From Chiloscyllium plagiosum (taxonomy: Eukaryota): a DNA stretch of 64,000 nt. A program made the position numbers and the translations under genes. Below the pieces are notes generated by a model. It saw only the letters and a program-made list of their open reading frames with translations, was not told the DNA's origin and made no database searches. The DNA lies in the NCBI RefSeq assembly GCF_004010195.1, contig NC_057749.1:9832728-9896727 (forward strand), written 5' to 3'. Within the stretch, counting starts at the first letter, position 1, and the number at the start of each line of letters is the position of its first letter. Shown here piece after piece: positions 1 through 13,774 of this stretch.

Positions 1-519
1 AGTGCTCAAAAATAGTCAAAGATGTGTACATCTAGGTGCAATGAAAGGAAGTTTTGCAATGATTTCTTGTACTGATAAGTTGAAATCTGCTTTCAGACTG
101 TTAAAATACATCAGCTTTAAAGTGGAATTTCAAATATTGCAGCATGAGAGTGGCTTGAAATGTCCACACTTGAACTAGTTTAAAGTATCAAAGAACGGAA
201 GGTATTTGGATTCTGACTCAAATATGCTCCAGAAATGGTCTGCTAAAGGACAAGTGGAGGTCTGCTTGCTGGAACGTTGGCAAGAACCATGTCACATTCA
301 TTGGGGAAGGCCTGCCATGTTACATGCTGGCAATGATGAATCTTGTTTAACAGACTGGTATTCATATGTTGAATTCAGCAATGAAAGACTTTGAGATTTG
401 CAAGAATGTTAATCAATGGTTAAGCACAACCGCCAGTTTGCACCTTTCCCTGTCCAGAAGGTAACTTCCCCAGGGAAGAATCCTGTTTTTCTGTAAAACC
501 ACCCTATTCAGACATGTCA

Positions 520-1060
520 TGACACATGTTTGGAGCAGATGGTTCTTGAACCCAATCTTCCTGGCACAGAGGTAAGGACACAACTGCTACACCATGACAA
601 GGCCTAACAGCTGTTGTATATTTTAATCAATCTATTCAAGCAGTTAAGATTCTGAACTTTTTTTTAAATCAGTCTGTTCAGGTGGGACTTGAACCCAGGA
701 TTTCTGTCTCAGAAGCAGAGTTGCTATCTCTGCACCAGAAAAACTCCTAAATCCCCAGCCTGTTATAAAAGTTCAATGAATATCACCTGCTCTTAATCAA
801 CTCTGGAGCTTTCCTAGCTGCTTTTATAGGGGAGTTTTTGTGGCACAGTGGTAGTGTCTCTATCTCTGGACCAGGGGAGATCCACATTCAAGTCATACCT
901 GCTCCGGAAGTGTGCAATAACAAGTGAAAAGGTGGATGAGAAAATACTTTCTGCTTGACTTTTGGGATTTTTGTGGTCCAATGGCATTGGAGCTACTGCT
1001 GAAGTAGGAGGCCTGGGTTCAAGTTCCCCATGCCCCACTGAACAGGTTAATTAGAAAATA
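520..1060. mobile_element. Cluster of four short tRNA-derived SINE-like fragments (two minus, then two plus)
   Basis: A/B-box-like heads (gtggcacagtggtagtg...ttcaagtc; reverse gggacttgaacccagg). Related copies near 43730 and 46270. Confidence 0.5.
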
Positions 1061-4000
1061 TGTTCTGATTTGACCTTTAAAGGGACCTGCGATTCTAATA
1101 GGCTTTCCTCAGGACCACGTGTCCCCACTGGCAGAGGGCCTAATCACCTAGAGATGCCAACTAATCAGAAGCTGGTAGGTCTTCTCTGATTTGAGGTGCC
1201 ACCAGGGAGGTAATTGCTGCTGCCTGTAATATAACCACCCAAGACCTTGGATCATGACGAGCCAAGGCTGGAGGTGAGCAATGGTGGGAGAGTGGATGGA
1301 GAAGAGCATTATGGGATGCAGCTAGCTCATTCTTCCGGAAGTCTGGTCTTGAATCTTTGAAAGTGAATAATTGATAGCACAGTATGAAGTCAGTCCATGA
1401 ACCTTTCCTCCAATAGGTCCCTGGTAGGAGTGATAGGAAGGCAGTAGGATCCTTCCCCTCCCACTGTCACCAATTCTATGATGGTACAGTGTGAAATGTA
1501 ATTGTCTTTTTTCCCCAATACAGATGCTGCGAGATTTGAATATCTTCAGCATCTTGTTTCTGATTTTCCAGTATCTGGAGTACTGTCATTTTTGTGGAAA
1601 ACTCAAGCTTTTGTCTTCTGTAAAAATATTAGTTACAGTTGTATTAAAATGAATTATTTCTATTCCGTCAATGAATGAATTTTTTTAAAAGAAGCTATAG
1701 TTTCATTATTAATGCAGAACAGATGTGTAGATATACTTATACCAAGTCAGAATGCTGCCTGTCCATTTAGAGGAAATAAGAAGAATGTTTTTCTTGGTGA
1801 AACTGTAGTTGAATGCTACTGCTTTTTATTTGATAAGTTGGGGTTTTTATTGTGATATTAGTCAGTGAGTTCAGAGTTGAATGGCTTTTTGTCCCTGAGG
1901 ACAGCATTTAGTTAAATGCTGAACCAATGCTTTAAAAGTATAAAACATTTAAGGGGCATTGCATTGCATATCCTCTTGTTATAGTGCTCCATTTCATAAC
2001 TGAATCTGAAGTGTGTATAAAAAAAAAAGCAACTGCACCTTTAAAGTTGTATGGCTGTACTGAAAGCACCAATGAACAACATTTTTGACTTTTGCAAGCC
2101 ATGGTTCAGTCCATGTTCAGATTAGTCTTTAAGGGTTTGTGGTCTACAGGCTGTGACTTTTTACGAGTTCAGGGCTCCATTAAATAACATGGAAAGAAAC
2201 CTGTGATAGTTTATGGATTAGTATCACAAGGCCAGTAGCAATTAGCCGTCTTGGAGGGATCTGACTATTGCTATTCCACAGTACTTTTTTTGCATTAGCA
2301 ATTGTTATCTTTGACTTTACAGATTGCATTTAATTTTTTTTTCTTCTTGGGAATTAGTTATGATGTAACAATATGATTAACGTCTTTAAGAAAATTATAA
2401 GCTAAGATTCCCTTTGAAGCTGAGACTTTATAGGCTGAATAGCAAGTTTAAAATAAATGGAAAGCTCTTAATTTCACAGTTTGGTAACCTTACTGGGAGA
2501 ATGGTCAAATGAAGATGCTGACAGTTTGAGTACGAAAACTTCTGAAAAGAACACGGAATTTTTCGAGCAGTAATGCAAATATCTAATTCGGGAAACCGTG
2601 GCTTTACACTCCCTTCTTGGCAGCAAAATCATAGCTCTTGTTGTCATGCTTTTATGAAGTTGGTATGCTCTGTCACACATGTTGAGGTGTCTATTTACCA
2701 TAAAAAAAACTTCTGTGGAACTTCAGAGTTTATAATACCCTAGTACCCAGTGTTGCCTGAAAGAGCTCCTCAGATGCTGCCTGACCACCTGCGCTTTTCC
2801 AGTGCCACACTTTTCTGCCAGTGGTTGCAACCAGAGTACTTTAGCTATGCACTACTGAACTACCTTTTCAGCCTCCCTGACAGGAGGGCCTTGAACCTCC
2901 AACCAAGTCCTCTTTAGTGGTGCGATTTTTAATTTTATTACCAAATCCAGAAAAATCTAGAACTTCAAAAATCGGTGGCTTTACACCTGAACACTAAGCT
3001 TCAGTCATCCCTGGCCTCGTGCTGTGCTTGACCTGAAGGGAGATATTTTTGACTTTTGAGGGCAAACTGCCAGAGGATGCTGACTATTGCTTATTCACTG
3101 ATCCCTTGGATGTAGTGGCACCTTGGTTCTAAAATGGCTTACGAACAGAATATTTTGAGAATACTTGCAGCTATTCTCTCATTGTCAGACACAGGAACAA
3201 GTTTAAGTGCAGCACAAGGAGTTTGTCTCTCATCACTATCTCCGCACCATACGTGAGGCTGTCCTGTTTGCTTTTGCACTTTGCCAGTAACATGACAGCA
3301 ATTTTCAGAGCTAATAGTTTGAATAACCTTGCTATAATATTCTTTGTGTATAGTCTGAGAACCATGAATAAAGACTTTTTGTATTTTTGTTTTTTGGCGC
3401 AAACATGACAAATTGATTTCTTGGTATTGAAGCACTATAGAAATTCAAATGCAACAGCCCTTTGAGGATATCAATAACCAAGGTCTGCTTTCTCTGCAGA
3501 GAAAATTGATACCACCAAGATGATTCGCTTTAATCTCCTCTTTCAAGTTATTTAGCTTTGATGTGCACTAGTTGGTGCTTCTGCATCCTCTGGTTAGCTG
3601 CATCTGACATTTGTAACAATTTGCTATAAGTGCACTGATGTTGAGAAGATTGTGAATTTTACCAGTTCATGGGCATGTGCATTACAGGCCACAGAGAGTT
3701 TAAATTGTGAACCTTCTGCATTAGATTTCTCAATTGACACTGTTGTTTAGCCCCTGCAAAAGCTAAATATTTTGAGTACTTGAGTTTGAAGGATTGGGGA
3801 GGTGCCATTATTTTCTTTAGGTTCAATGAAAAGACATTGCAGTTTTTCCACCCTTGGAACTCATATGACTTGATAGTTGCTGCCCTTTGGGACAAACCAC
3901 TGACTGTTGTACAGTGTTTTATGGCTGTCCTGTTTGAAGGATGCTTGTAGACTTGAAGACACTTTACAATTAGTTGGGACAAACCTTTGAAGTAAAAGCT

Positions 4001-4924
4001 GCCCAGCTTGTCACATGTTTCTGAAACATCATTGTGGTGAATTTGATGTGTAGCCTGATGGTTCTAAAGGAAAAGAGTGACTGAAAGAAACTTCTCAATG
4101 TTGTGTTTCCTGAGCAAGCTGTGTCTACCAAAACCACAGACAACTGTGCATAATTAGTGACTTCACTATACGTACAAGACCACGAGACTACAGATCGTTC
4201 TGGACCTTATAATTTTTGCCTTTGAGAATATCTACCTTTGGCCATAATTGCTTTCTCTTTTTTTGAAGTGAATTGCTGTGGAGAGAGGAACATTTTTTTC
4301 TGATCAGTTGAAGTTAGTGTATGTTTTGGATTGTTTAAAGAGGAAAAATGAAATTATATTTATGCATTACAAATGATAATGAATTCTGCATCTTCATTCA
4401 ATGGGTTTTGTTTTATAATAAATTGAGAATTGTTTTATTACACCTGGAGTGAAAAGGTCTATCAAGCAGGATTTCTTTAGTGTAGTTGAAACAAACAATT
4501 TGCCATATTGCGACTTGTTTAAAAAAATTGTCAAATTTATGTTGTGACTCATTGCATAGAGGGACGAGAGAAAGACTGTCATAATGCTCATTTGGAGCAT
4601 GACAGCTTCACTATAAGTAATTTTATAAATTGCACAGCATTTGAGCAAGCTATAGCTGGAGGTATATCAACTTTGACTATTGAATACAAGTTCATTTGAA
4701 ACTATTTTCAAATTGCCTCACTAAACTAAGGCTACAAATTGACGTACATGTGCACTTGGAAAATAATGTTGCTCAAAATGAGCATATGGAGGAGAACATC
4801 CAAGCATTGCATATGCACTGAATCAGAAAGAAAGTGAGGCACAAGACATGGTGGTGAAAATGAGTTAGACAATTACAAATTAGGCTGGGGGTCAGGTAGT
4901 CTGCCAAAGAAAGGAGCAGAAGGA

Positions 4925-6080
4925 AGGCGATGGTCTGGTGGTATTATCACCGTGCTGTTAATCTGGAGACCGAGGTAACAATCTGGAGAGCTGGTTTTGG
5001 ATCTCTTTATCACAGATGGTGGAACTTGAATTCAAGAAAAATTTGGAATTAAGAGTCTAATGATGACCACAAGACTATTGTTGATGCCTCAGATGGAAGG
5101 AAATTGCCAGTTTTACCTGGTCTAGCCTACAGAAGACTCAGTCCTACATCTGTTACTCGTCTGGGCAGTTCAAAGTGGACAATAAATGCTGCCTAGTCAG
5201 TGACGCCCTCATCCTGTGAATGAACTTGGAAAAAAAGTGATAGCATAATATTTCCTTTCTTGTGGTGTGCCCTGGTACCAGTTTGGTTTGTTTGTGTTCT
5301 TTAGAATGCAATAAGTTTTTAACTATATAGGCTTATCTTTTGCTATTTCAGAATGCAATTGAAAAAAAGAAACAGCCCATGTTTTTCTTTTATGGAATGT
5401 GGGTATACTAGTAAAATGAATATTTGTTGCCCATCCCTAATTGCTCTTGAGAAACTAGATAGTTCAAGCTGCCTTGAACTGCCCTAGTTCTTAAAGTATA
5501 GATACATTCATAAACTGGTAAACAGGTTATTCCAAGCTTTTGGCAGGCAATCTGCTGTTAACACTAGGTAAAAGGACACAATTTCAAGGTTTTGCAGTAT
5601 TTGACTGCTTTCAGTCTTTGCTTAACAGCATTGTACATGGTACAGTCCTTGTATCTTGCAGATACAGTTTTGAAACTTGCTGTTGAATTACTTAGCTTCA
5701 CTCCATTTAAATAGGAGAGGATGTGGTGCCTGAGTCGTAATGTTATTGGATTAGTAATCCAAAATCCTGAGCAGTTGTTCTGGGAACATTTTGAATCTCA
5801 CCGTGGCAGATAGTGAAATTTGAATTCAATGAAATTAAAATAATAGCTAGTTTAATGGTGATCATATAACCAGTATTGATTGTTGTAAAATCCCAGCTGC
5901 TTCACTAACTATCTTATGGGAAGACAATTTGCCATTTTTACTTGGTCTGGTGCATGTTTCTCCAGTTTCACAACAATATGTTTGACTGTTAAACACCTGA
6001 AGTACCCAAGCGAGTCATCCAGTTCCAGGGCAATTAGGGATGAGCAATAAATGTTGGCCTATCATCCCATGAATGATTTT
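4925..6080. mobile_element. Old SINE copies with tail gggcaattagggatg..caataaatg (about 4925-5230 +, 5385-5520 -, 5720-6080 +)
   Basis: Shared blocks (ggaaggaaattgcc..ttacctggtct). Related pieces near 33560-34230, 59480-59790 and 62760-62900. Family name not certain. Confidence 0.5.
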
Positions 6081-6711
6081 ATTTTTCTAGTAATCATTGT
6101 CAATTGGTCATCATTTGATGCCTTTCCCGGTTGGCTGGAGAGGAGTTTTGTCTGGATGTGAAGCTAAGTGCTTGTTCTTCTTATGTTGCAGTGTTCATTG
6201 AGAAATGTAGTGCTTTACTTGATCCATGTCTCAAATGTCATTTGGAGATGTACGTAAACAGTATTTGCATCGAAAAGGGATGTTTAAATCGAATTCCGTT
6301 TTCGCCATCTTGAATATCAACTGACTAGTTTCTAAATAGGAATGCTGTATTTGCACTAATGTTTGGTCTGTACAGAATGGTTCAGGAATGTGTTTACATA
6401 TCATCGAATGAGGTCACTTCAATCTTCGTGTTATTTCCAGTGCAAAAAGTAATATGCTTCCAATAAAAGACTTTGAGCATGCATTTCAGCATCTTGGTTC
6501 AATAAGACTTAATTGCTCTGTACGGTATGGCTGAGGAAAACATTTGAATGTATATTTGGGGAGTAAAAAAATTGATAGAGAATGAAATGACCATGAATCC
6601 TATTTCTGTGATATTTTGCAGATATGTGAGCACAGTGAACTCAAAAGTATCTCAGTCAAATATTGTGGTGCTGCAAAAGCACAGCCGGTCAGGCAGCATC
6701 TGAGGAACAGG

Positions 6712-8235
6712 AGAGTCATAGATATGTATAGCATGGAAACAGACCCTTCGGGCCAACCCGTCCATGCCAACCAGATATCCCAACCCCATGCAGCCCCACC
6801 TGCCAGCACCCAGCCCATATCCCTCCAAACTCTTCCTATTCATATACCAGCCTCCACCACATCCTCTGGCAACTCATTCCATACATGTACCACCCTCCGT
6901 GAAAAAGTTGCCCCTTGGGTCTCTTTTATATCTTTCCTCTCTCACCCTAAATCTATGCCCTCTAGTTCTGGACTCCCTGACCGCAGGGAAAAGACTTTGT
7001 CTATTTATCCTATCCATGCCCCTCATAACTTTGTAAACCTCTATAATGTCGCTCCTCAGCCTCCGACGCTGCAGGGAATACAGCCCCAGCCTGTTCAGCC
7101 TGTAGCTCAGATCCTCCAACCCTGGCAACATCCTTGTAAATCTTTTCTGAACCCTTTCAAGTTTCACAACATCTTTCCAATAGGNNNNNNNNNNNNNNNN
7201 NNNNNNNNNNNNNNNNNNNNNNNNNCACCTCCAATTTTGGTGTCATCTGCAAACTTAGTAACAGTTGTTGAAAAGTGTGGTGCTGGAAAAGCGCAGCAGG
7301 CCAGGCAGCATCAGAGGAACAGGAGAAACAACGTTTCAGATTTTGGTGTCATCTGCAAACTTACTAACTGTACCTCTTATGCTCGCATCCAAATCATTTA
7401 TGTAAATGACAAAAAGTAGAGGGCCCAGCACCGATCCTTGTGGCACTCCACTGGTCACAGGCCTCCAGTCTGAAAAACAACCCTCCACCACCACCCTCTG
7501 TCTTCTACCTTTGAGCCAGTTCTGTATCCAAATGGCTAGTTCTCCCTGTATTCCATGAGATCTAACCTTGCTAATCAGTCTCTCATGGGGAAACCTTGTC
7601 GAGCGCCTTACTGAAGTCCACATAAATCACATCTACTGCTCTGCCCTCATCAATCTTCTTTGTTACTTCAAAAAAACTCAATCAAGTTTGTGAGACATGA
7701 TTTCCCCACACACAAAGCCATGTTGACTATCCCGAATCAGTCAGAAATGTACATCCTATCCCTCAGGATTCCATCCAACAACTTGCCCACCACAGAGGTC
7801 AGGCTCACCGGTCTATAGTTCCCTGGCTTGTCTTTACTGCCCTTCTTAAACAGTGGCACCACGTTTGCCAACCTCCAGTCTTCTGGCATCTCACCTGTGA
7901 CTACCGCTGATACAAATATCTCAGCAAGAGGCCCAGCAATCACTTCTCTAGCTTCCCGCAGAGTTCTCGGGTACACCTGATCAGGTCCTGAGAATTTATC
8001 CATCTTTAACCGTTTCAAAGCATCCAGCACTTCCTCCTGTGTAATCTGGACAGTTTGTAAGATGTCACCATCTATTTCCCTACAGTCTATATCTTCCATA
8101 TCCTTTTCCACAGTAAATACTGATGCAAAATATTCATTTAGTATCTCCCCCATTTTCTGAGGCTCCACACAAAGGCCGCCTTGCTGATCTTTGAGGGGCC
8201 CTATTCTCTCCCCAGTTACCCTTTTGTCCTTGAAT
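6712..8235 (-). mobile_element. CR1-type LINE, 5'-truncated ORF2 (RT) remnant spanning a gap
   Basis: Minus-strand ORFs [38 protein letters not shown] and LERVQKRFTRMLPG; typical ctatgactct tail. Confidence 0.92.
7185..7225. other. Assembly gap (N run)
   Basis: 41 Ns. Confidence 1.
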
Positions 8236-8244
8236 GTCTGACTC

Positions 8245-8272
8245 CTGATGAAGAGCTTATGCTTGAAACATC
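8245..8272 (+). ncRNA. Minimal hammerhead ribozyme motif, family A (partly degenerate)
   Basis: CTGATGA A GAGC-TTAT-GCTT GAAA CATC. Confidence 0.55.
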
Positions 8273-8477
8273 TACTCTCCTGCTCCTCAGATGCTGCCTG
8301 ATTGGCTGTGCTTTTCCAGCATCACCATATTTGACTCTGATCTCCAGCATCTGCAGTCCTCACTTTCTCTTCAAAAGTATCTCAATCAATATTATAAATT
8401 TTTGACAACTTTTTCAGTCACCTTATTCATGATTTTTGGTTTTCATCTTTGCCACTTAGTGAATGTCAATCCAAATC

Positions 8478-8748
8478 GATCATAGTATCCCTACAGTGCA
8501 GATGGAGGCCATTAAGCCCATTTAGTTGATACTGACCCTCCAAATAGCACCCCAATGGGACACCACCACCACCCCCCTCCAAATCCCTATGACCCCTACA
8601 CATCTTCAAACTCTCGGAGGAAGCCAGAGCATCCAGAGGAAACCCACACAAATATGGGAGAACATGCAAACTGCACAGTCTGGTAAAATCAAACCCAAGT
8701 CCCTGGTACGATAAGGCAATAGTGCTAACCACTGTGGCCATGCTACCC
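8478..8748 (-). mobile_element. V-SINE/HE1-like tRNA-derived SINE
   Basis: Reverse complement of the cagtggttagcact head and the central tttgcatgttctccc..gggtttcc domain. Confidence 0.75.
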
Positions 8749-10379
8749 TAAATGATTTATGTTCAAAAGCATCATTAATTCATTAAACTAATTTTCAAAA
8801 GTGACGATTGATGTACAATGATTAGGAAACTCGGTATAACTGATATTTCAGTTGTATTGAGGTTTTTAATCTTTTATCAGTTCATATATCTGTCTCTATA
8901 ATATCAAACGTTTAAATTATTTTCAAATACATTAAAAATTCAAGCTTCTTTCCTTTACTTTCAAACTATTTATTTCCTTTTGATATTTAAAGTGGAAACT
9001 TACTATACTAGTTTAATATGCAAATTTACAGTCTTTTACAACCACGGTTGTAAGAATCCAATGTTATCTCGTGTCACTACTTCCCAGGTCACAAAATAAG
9101 AATTGTACTTCCAGTTACTGAGACGGTCAGTTAAATGCCTAATTTTTAATCAATTATTAAATAAAAACATGAATTAACCAGGGTTCTTAATAAACACAGT
9201 TAATGATTTATTATTGAAGCAAGACTTAGATTCAGTAAAAATGTATTAATCATTTCACATTCACAGTTGGTCATGTCGAAAAATAAGTGCTTATCCCTCC
9301 AAATATTCCAAAAAAGATGCAAGCACATAGTTCAGGCTGAGAAAAAAGGATTTCTCTGCAGAGGTTGACTTCTGGTGGAAAAATCCAGTTTGGCCAATGG
9401 GTTATTCTTGAAGGCAAAAAGATGAAGACTAGTGCTCCTGATCTGTCACTCTGATGTTCTGGCCATGTGGTCAAATCTGTTGCCTGTAGCATATTTTCAG
9501 AGACAGCTTCCTCAGGAACTACAATAACAAGATGTTCCTTCAGTCTCTCTTTCATGAGAACAAATCGCTTTTGCCCTGAGCTTAGACAGTTACTTGCAGA
9601 AGTAAGAGAGATTAGCTGCTCTGCCTTTCTTGAAGGCTTATTGTCCCTGAACTGAAAATTAAATAAAGCAAACTCTCAAAACTAGTCAACAAAGCAAGCA
9701 GTTATCACTAGTTGTATGACTTCAGGGAAGTCTTTGTGTTATAGTCAGTGTCATACAGCATGGAAACAGACCCTTTGGTCCAACTCATCCATGTCAAATG
9801 GATTTCCCAAAGAAAAATTTGTCCTGCACTGCGACTGTTCTCTTTCCCCTCCCCCCCCCCCCCCCAATCACAAAAATGTTATGTCATTTTGTTTTCTTCA
9901 ACCCAGGTGGTCCCCTTCATAAAGCTTCACTCCCATTTACCAATACTAAAAAGTATTGCTTGTTGTTGAAAGTGGTGCAAGAAGGCCATTCTTCAACTGA
10001 GGATGGTGAAATTCAGCATCTCTAAGTTCTTTTTTTAAATCCTGACTTCTACTCTTGTGTATCTTTTTTCCTTTCTGTGAACTAGTACTTTTATAAGGAG
10101 CAGACAATGGAGCATTAGTTTAAATCAGAAGGGAGATAACATTGCTTCATTGCTCAAGGAAAGGACAACTATTACTCCAAAGGGAATAAAATTTGTAGCA
10201 AGCAGTCACTGGATTATTGATGTCTGATTTGCATCTGCAACCTTAAGCAATATACAGCACAGTGAATAAGTCAGGTGCAGTATGACACAAGGAGTCTGGC
10301 ATGTTTTAAATTCTGCTGGATTGATGACAATATCTTTACCTTCTGTCCATTTTTATTGTTTGTTTGTTCCCATGTTTAG

Positions 10380-10473
10380 CATTACACCATGGATGCTGAT
10401 GGGTTGTGCACGCGTCTCATCACTCCGAAGCTTATGGAAGGGACGGTGGCAGCCCAGGATGAGTTCTCCAGAA
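10380..10473 (+). CDS. CSK: CSK coding exon (end of SH2 / SH2-kinase linker): [31 protein letters not shown](S)
   Basis: tttag acceptor at 10375-10379 and gtgagt donor at 10474; 94 bp. Translation matches the CSK linker (human [32 protein letters not shown], recalled). Upstream SH3/SH2 exons were not found in the window. Confidence 0.95.
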
Positions 10474-10812
10474 GTGAGTGGCAAGTTTGAAACCTGAAAA
10501 TGCTGATTTATTTTGGGCTCCTTAACCCCCATCCTGTACACGTGCACACAGGCAAAAGCACATGTGTCTACTGACAGATGCGCACAGGCACAGATGTTCA
10601 CACAAACTCTGTAATGCACTCCATGGAATGGCGTTTGATGGCATGGACTTCATTGTGACAGCATGATGTTAACACATGTTCTCCTCCTGAAATGAATTGA
10701 TGATTGAAGAGCCATACTCATTGTGAATGCCACCACTGGATGTGCACATATGCTGTGTCGTGACCTCGTGCATGAAATGACACAAAGAAATCGTGCTTGG
10801 GAGTATGAATCA

Positions 10813-11754
10813 TTGGATGTAAGTTTGCTCATTGAGCTGCAAGGTTCATTTCCAGACATTTCATTACCCTACTAGGTAACATTTTCAGTGGGCCTCAAGC
10901 AAAGCAATGCTGAGAATTCCTGCTTTCTGTTTATAAAGTTGGTTCTTCTTTGAGTTGGCGATGTAATTTCCTGTGGTGAAGCGACACTTCCTATTCCTTT
11001 TTTCAGGGGGTGGTAGATGTGGTCTAACTCGATGTGTTTGTTGAGAGAGTTCCGGTTGGAATGCCATGCTTCTAGGAATTATCGTGCATGTCTTTGTTTG
11101 GTTCGTCCTTGGATGTGTTGCTCCAGTCGAAGTGGTGTCCTCCCTCATCTGTATGTGAGGATACTAGTGAGAGAGGGTCATGTCTTTTTGTGGCTAGTTG
11201 GTGTTCATGTATCCTGGTGGCTAGTTTTCTGCCTGTTTGTCCATTGTAGTGTTTGTTATAGTCCTTTGTATTTTGTAAATGACATTAGTTTTGCTCATTG
11301 TCTGTATAGGGTCTTTCAAGTTCATTAGCTGCTGTTTTAGTGTGTTGGTGGATTTGTGGGTTACCATGATGTCAAGGGGTCTGAGTAGTCTGGCAGTCAT
11401 TTCCGAGATGTCTTTGATGCGGGGAGAGTGGCTAGGGTTTCTGGACGTGCTTTGTCTGCTTGTTTGGGTTTGTTGCTGAGAAATCGGTGGACTGTGTTCA
11501 TTGGGTACCAGTTCTTTTTTTAAGTACACTGTATAGGTGATTTTTCTTTGCTCTGCGTGGTTTCTCTGTGCTGCAGTGTGTGTTGGCTCATTGAAATAAT
11601 GTTCTGATGCAGCTTCGTTTGTGGGTGTTGGGATGATTGCTTTTGTAGTTCAGTATTTGGTCAGTATGTGTTGTTTTCCTGTAGATGCTGGTTTGAAATT
11701 CCCCATTGGCTGATCGCTCTACTGTGACATCTAGGAATGGCAGTTTGTTGTTGT
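10813..11754 (-). mobile_element. Penelope-like element remnant (left arm of an inverted pair)
   Basis: Minus-strand LPFLDV..YRKTTHTDQILNY..HP and GIY-YIG-region NVIYKI; 3' HHR. Confidence 0.9.
10855..10888 (-). ncRNA. Hammerhead motif, family C (core mutated to CTGAAAA)
   Basis: Reverse complement: cca CTGAAAA T GTTACC-TAGTAG-GGTAAT GAAA TGTC tgg. Confidence 0.45.
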
Positions 11755-12915
11755 ATCCGATATCAGGGTTCTTAGCACAGGCAGTAATGCAGGGACTCGA
11801 ACAAACAGCTCTGCCAACCATCCAACCCAAACTTTGGGTCTGCTACGTGGATGACACCTTCGTCATCACTAAACGAAACAAATTAGAGGAAACCTTAAAG
11901 ACCATCAATAATACCCTCCCTAGCATAAAATTCACGAAAGAGGAGGAAAACAACAACAACAAACTGCCATTCCTAGATGTCACAGTAGAGCGAACAGCCA
12001 ATGGGGAATTTCAAACCAGCATCTACAGGAAAATAACACATACATACTGACCAAATATTGAACTACAGAAGCAATCAACCCAACACCCACAAACCAAGCT
12101 GCATCAGAACATTGTTTCAACGAGCCAACACACATTGCAGCACCAAGGAACTACTCCGAGCAGAGGAAAATCACCTATACAGTGTGTTCAAAAAGAACTG
12201 GTACCCAATGAACACAGTCCGCCGATTTCTCAGCAACAAACCCAAACAAGCAGACAAAACACGTACAGCAACCCTAGCCACTCTCCCCTGCATTAAAGAC
12301 ATTTCGGAAATGACTGCCAGACTACTCAGACCCCTTGGCATCATGGTAGCCCACAAACCCACCAACACACTAAAACAGCAGCTAATGAACTTGAAAAACC
12401 CTATACAGACAATGAGCAAAACTAACGTCATTTACAAAATACCGTTCTCGGACTGTGACAAACAGGCAGAAAACTAGCCACCAGGATACATGAACACCAA
12501 CTAGCCACAAAAAGACATGACCCCCTCTCACTAGTATCCTCACATACAGGTGAGGAAGAACACCACTTTGACTGGGACAACACATCCATTTTAGGACAAG
12601 CCAAATAAAGACATGCACGAGAATTCCTAGAAGCATGGCATTTCAATCTATCAACAAACACATAGTTAAACCCCTCTACCACCCCCTGAGAAAAGGAACA
12701 GGAAGTGTGACTTCACCACAGGAAGTGACATCACCAACCCAAAGAAACCCAAACATATAAATAGAAAGCAGGAATTCTCAGCATTGCTTTGCCTGAGGTC
12801 CACTGAAGATGTCACCTAATAGCACAATGAAACGTCTGGAAATGAACCTTGCAGCACAGTGAGCAAACCTACGCCCAAAATCTCAATATGAACTACAAAT
12901 CTTCTCAAAACTCGC
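11755..12915 (+). mobile_element. Penelope-like element remnant (right arm): RT motifs plus GIY-YIG region
   Basis: PISGFLA, YVDDTF, LPFLDV, YRK and NVIYKIP motifs; frameshifts and stops; 3' HHR. Confidence 0.92.
12803..12836 (+). ncRNA. Hammerhead motif, family C, in the PLE 3' region (stem II decayed)
   Basis: tcca CTGAAGA T gtcacctaatagcacaat GAAA CGTC tgga; stem I tcca/tgga is intact. Confidence 0.5.
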
Positions 12916-13095
12916 TAAGTTAGAATCGTGTCCCTATATTTAGGCTGATGGCAGCATCTTGTGTATAGACACTTTGAATGGCCTGTTCTGCTGCATGTGC
13001 ATAGTGGCAATATTGTATTTGGTTCAGTCATTTCATTATTAAAATTATTCACTGTCTTCAAAAATCTAGGTATATTGAAAGCCTTCAAAAGCTGA

Positions 13096-13260
<165 letters not shown>

Positions 13261-13774
13261 TGACTTGACATTACTATGCATGGGATTCAGCTGTTTCCTA
13301 TCTTTGTACATTTGTTCTGTTAGTAACTACTGTTTTGTACTTGAGAGAATTTGCTTTGATTTTGAAATATTAGTTATAAATTCATTAAGAATATGTATTT
13401 TGCCGTTTTGTTGAGGGTGATCAGATGGAAATTGCCCTCAGTTTTTAAACATTATCAATATGGCAAACATTTGATATATCTACCCAGCAAATACAGCATG
13501 ACTTTGGGGCTTCCAGTAAAGTTGTGTGATATCAAGAGTTTGAAACGTCTGCCCATCGAGGTCCTGCAGTTAGCAATGAATTTGGTGCTTGAGGGATGAA
13601 TATCAGGCTGAATATCAGAAGAAATCCTCTGCAACTACTGTCATGCAATTTTTTGCAGCTATTCTGAGAAGGTGGATAAGCTCTCACTCCTGTCCGAAAG
13701 GCACTAAAGTATCAGCCTTGGCTGTGATCAATTCCTGGGAGTAGCGTTTGAATGTATAACTGGCTGATATTGTA

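Noticed and set aside
6616..7419. 267-aa + strand ORF
   Set aside because: Antisense reading of a CR1 3' end running through an N gap.
1..10379. CSK SH3/SH2 exons
   Set aside because: No WFHGKI or FLVRES coding segment was seen; they presumably lie upstream of the window.
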